Shown here: positions 61,804-64,000 of the stretch, piece by piece
Numbering within the stretch: position 1 is the first letter of the stretch
Layout: each line of letters begins with the position of its first letter
Source of the DNA: an uncultured bacterium
GTDB taxonomy: Bacteria; Zixibacteria; MSB-5A5; GN15; FEB-12
NCBI GenBank assembly: GCA_963821635.1
Contig: CAWGEP010000001.1
Location: 311,601 to 375,600 of the forward strand
Reading direction: 5' to 3'
DNA length: 64,000 nt
Notes under the pieces: model-generated
What the model saw: the letters and a program-made list of their open reading frames with translations, nothing else
Databases searched by the model: none
Told to the model about the DNA's origin: nothing
Translations under genes and position numbers: made by a program

Positions 61804-63090
61804 ATGAAACTCCGCACGAAATTGATTCTGATTGCCGCCGCCGTAATTCATGCCCTGCTTTTGTATCTGACCCTGACGCGACAACTCGATTTCCTTTTCA
61901 ACGATGCCGCCCATCGGGTTGGTCCGGGGTCCGACTTTCTGGCCATGTATCTGGCCGGAAAACACTGGCTGCTCGGCGACAGCGTCTACGGCCAGGGACC
62001 CGGATTTGGCTTCCGTTACTTTCCGATCATCGCCATGACTCTCTACGCCTGGCTTTCCGGACTCAAAGCGATCACCGCCTATTACGTCTGGGTCGGGATC
62101 TCCGAAGTCTTTCTGCTGGCCTCGGTGATATCCCTGCGCAAGTTGATTGCGGATGATTTCCACTTTGCCCTGGCCTGCCTCATCGGCGCCGGCTTCTCCT
62201 CCCTTTATCTTGATCTCTTTATGGGAAATTCGAGCGTGGCGGTCGCCGCCCTCTTGTTGAGCGCATACTACTTGTATATCAAACGCCGCCACACCGGCGC
62301 CCTGATTATATTTCTGATCGCCTGCCTGATCAAACCGATTGGACTGGTGTTTCTTCCTTTGGCCTTGCTCAAAGAAGGTTGGAAACCCGCCTTAGTCGTC
62401 GTGTTGATTCTGGTCGCCCTGAACGCAGCGTACTTTTGGCAGCACACCGGGGATCTTATAGATCTGATCGCTCTCAACTTCACCGATAGTCAATCGACTC
62501 TCGGGTTTCTGGTTCATGCCGGCAATCAGGGGTTCGACACGCTGTTATTGAGAATGGCCACCGCTGCGGCAGGCATCAGGCCGTCCCTTCTTGAATCCTT
62601 GAGTCAACTACCGGTCTGGTGTAGCCTGCTCGTGTACGGCTGGCCGGCCCTGCTTGCCCTCGTGAGCCTCTGGATTACCTGGAGACACCGCCACACCCCC
62701 AATATCGAACTGCTTCTATTTTTGTACCTCGCTGCCTATCTGCTTGGCTACAAAGATGTCTGGGAACACAGCTATTCCATCATGCTTTGTGCGCTTCCGT
62801 TTTTGTACTTGTCGCGAACGGTCAGCCTCCGCACACTGCTCATTGGCGCCATTCTCCTGGCCCTCCCCACCGCTTTCGCCTTCTATGACATTCATTACGC
62901 CGACTCGCGCATGCATGACCCGGATTGGAACTGGAGCGACGCTATCTCAATTTTGCATCACGCCACCAAACCGGCCGGCCTGCTGTTTCTTTACGTCGCG
63001 GCGCTCATCCCAGCTGTGAAGTCCTCTTCCAAACGGACCGATCCCCTATACGCTCGGCTCTCCGATTCTCACTCCGTCAGACCTTTCTGA
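61804..63090 (+). CDS. DUF2029 / GT87-like integral membrane glycosyltransferase
   Basis: About 12 TM helices. The N-terminus PGSDFLAMYLAGKHWLLGDSVY resembles GT87/DUF2029 mannosyltransferases. Confidence 0.5.
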   Translation: MKLRTKLILIAAAVIHALLLYLTLTRQLDFLFNDAAHRVGPGSDFLAMYLAGKHWLLGDSVYGQGPGFGFRYFPIIAMTLYAWLSGLKAITAYYVWVGISEVFLLASVISLRKLIADDFHFALACLIGAGFSSLYLDLFMGNSSVAVAALLLSAYYLYIKRRHTGALIIFLIACLIKPIGLVFLPLALLKEGWKPALVVVLILVALNAAYFWQHTGDLIDLIALNFTDSQSTLGFLVHAGNQGFDTLLLRMATAAAGIRPSLLESLSQLPVWCSLLVYGWPALLALVSLWITWRHRHTPNIELLLFLYLAAYLLGYKDVWEHSYSIMLCALPFLYLSRTVSLRTLLIGAILLALPTAFAFYDIHYADSRMHDPDWNWSDAISILHHATKPAGLLFLYVAALIPAVKSSSKRTDPLYARLSDSHSVRPF

Positions 63091-63099
63091 CCTGCCCCC

Positions 63100-64000
63100 T
63101 TACTCCACTTCCGCGAATTCCTCCGAATCCACATACGGCACCACGCGGCGTCCCAGCGAAGATATAATCTTCCCGACTGCATACCCGGCCACAAGCGAAA
63201 TCAACACCGTAATGATGATCCCCTTCAACTGGTCGCTCCCGCTCAATCCCTTGACCACAAAAAACGCGGTCAGTCCGCCGAAGAGTCCCGGGAAGCCCGT
63301 GCAAATACATCACGCCGCACGTATCGATCTTCTTGATCTTCTCGCTGCAACCACGGCAGTACCACCGCGAACCCAAACGTGGAAAGCCCGCCCGCGACCA
63401 CTCCTATCACGATCGCCTGCACCGGTGCCGCGTGATCACAGGTCGAGCCGATCGCCACTCCGCCTGCCAGCGAAGCATTGGCGATATCCGCAATCGAAAT
63501 CTTCCGCCGCAATGAAATGGTCGCCAGATACGTTGCCACGGTTGCGCCGCAGAGCGCCAGTATCACATTTACCACCGTCATCGGTACTTGCTCCGCCGGA
63601 ACCAACGCCGAACAAAAACTTGGCCAGAACAACCAGAGCACCATACTCCCAAGCATCGACAACCGGTCACTCGTGGCATCAGTCTCGACCGTGGCAGTGA
63701 ATTCCTTTGCAGTGGTCATCGTCATGGCAACCCCAAGTCCGAACAGCGCACCAAACGCATGAATAATAATCGATCCTCCGGTGTCGGCGAATCTCCCCAG
63801 AGGAATTATCCCAAACCCATTTTCTAAAATGATCCATTCATTGAACATGTAGCACGGTACAAACAGTGCCCCAAGCACCAGGTACTGCGGCATCTTCAGC
63901 CTTCCCAACACCGCTCCGGCGCAAATCAGAAGACTCGCCGCCGCAAATTCCGCCAGAATCAACTCATCGATAATCACCTCCGGCGCTTTCCCCAGCCATC
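63100..64000 (-). CDS. amt: Ammonium transporter (Amt/Rh family), 5' end beyond window, two frameshifts near 63285 and 63348
   Basis: FADTGGSIIIHAFGALFGLG (conserved Amt His region) and, across the frame breaks, SEKIKKIDTCGVMYLHG then FGGLTAFFVVKGLSGSDQLKGIIITVLISLVAGYAVGKII...EFAEVE. Confidence 0.65.

Overview
This 64 kb window is high-GC bacterial chromosome, probably diderm (LptF/LptG, a beta-barrel OMP and lipoproteins are present), and is densely coding on both strands. Most genes are housekeeping or accessory. The striking part is the first 7 kb. It holds three paralogous secreted proteins, each with an N-terminal cohesin-like domain, a conserved Cys-rich middle region and two C-terminal dockerin type-I modules. 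They sit beside a divergently and convergently arranged dockerin-tagged clan-CD (gingipain/clostripain-like) cysteine protease. This looks like a small, non-cellulolytic cohesin-dockerin surface-assembly system, and I consider it the most likely undescribed system here. Paralogs A and B share a conserved ~75-nt 5' leader. Paralog B has a near-consensus sigma70 promoter, and paralog C has a perfect 17-bp palindrome at the start of its transcript. The remaining genes fall into six groups:
- Transporters: KimA-like APC, NCS2, NRAMP-like with DNDAGG motif plus an adjacent MgtE-N/CBS soluble protein, a partial Amt, and LptFG.
- Signalling: two tandem-REC proteins plus a stand-alone Hpt, an ArsR regulator with a palindromic operator, and HPr with Enzyme I but no EII.
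- Membrane organisation: a YdjI-like SPFH protein with Zn-ribbons next to a double-Zn-ribbon protein, and flotillin.
- Metabolism and methyl cycle: metK-ahcY, SAM methyltransferases, Zn-ADH, PfkB kinase, PGI/PMI, CDP-alcohol phosphatidyltransferase, nitroreductase, flavin reductase and a radical SAM enzyme.
- Information processing: Obg, DprA, RsmE, a YhaM-like exonuclease, tRNA-Ser(GGA) and a CsaA-like tRNA-binding protein.
- Other: a bacterial SET-domain protein, prolyl oligopeptidase, a large TPR protein, and an alternating four-gene membrane operon of unknown function.
A family of short dispersed repeats (GTCATTGCGAG ... GAAGCAATCTG, often enclosing a GC hairpin) occurs at several loci and flanks a small GIY-YIG gene. 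At least five conserved genes carry single-base frame disruptions at short homopolymers. That pattern fits assembly or sequencing indels better than true pseudogenes. No CRISPR array, rRNA or obvious IS/transposase was seen.
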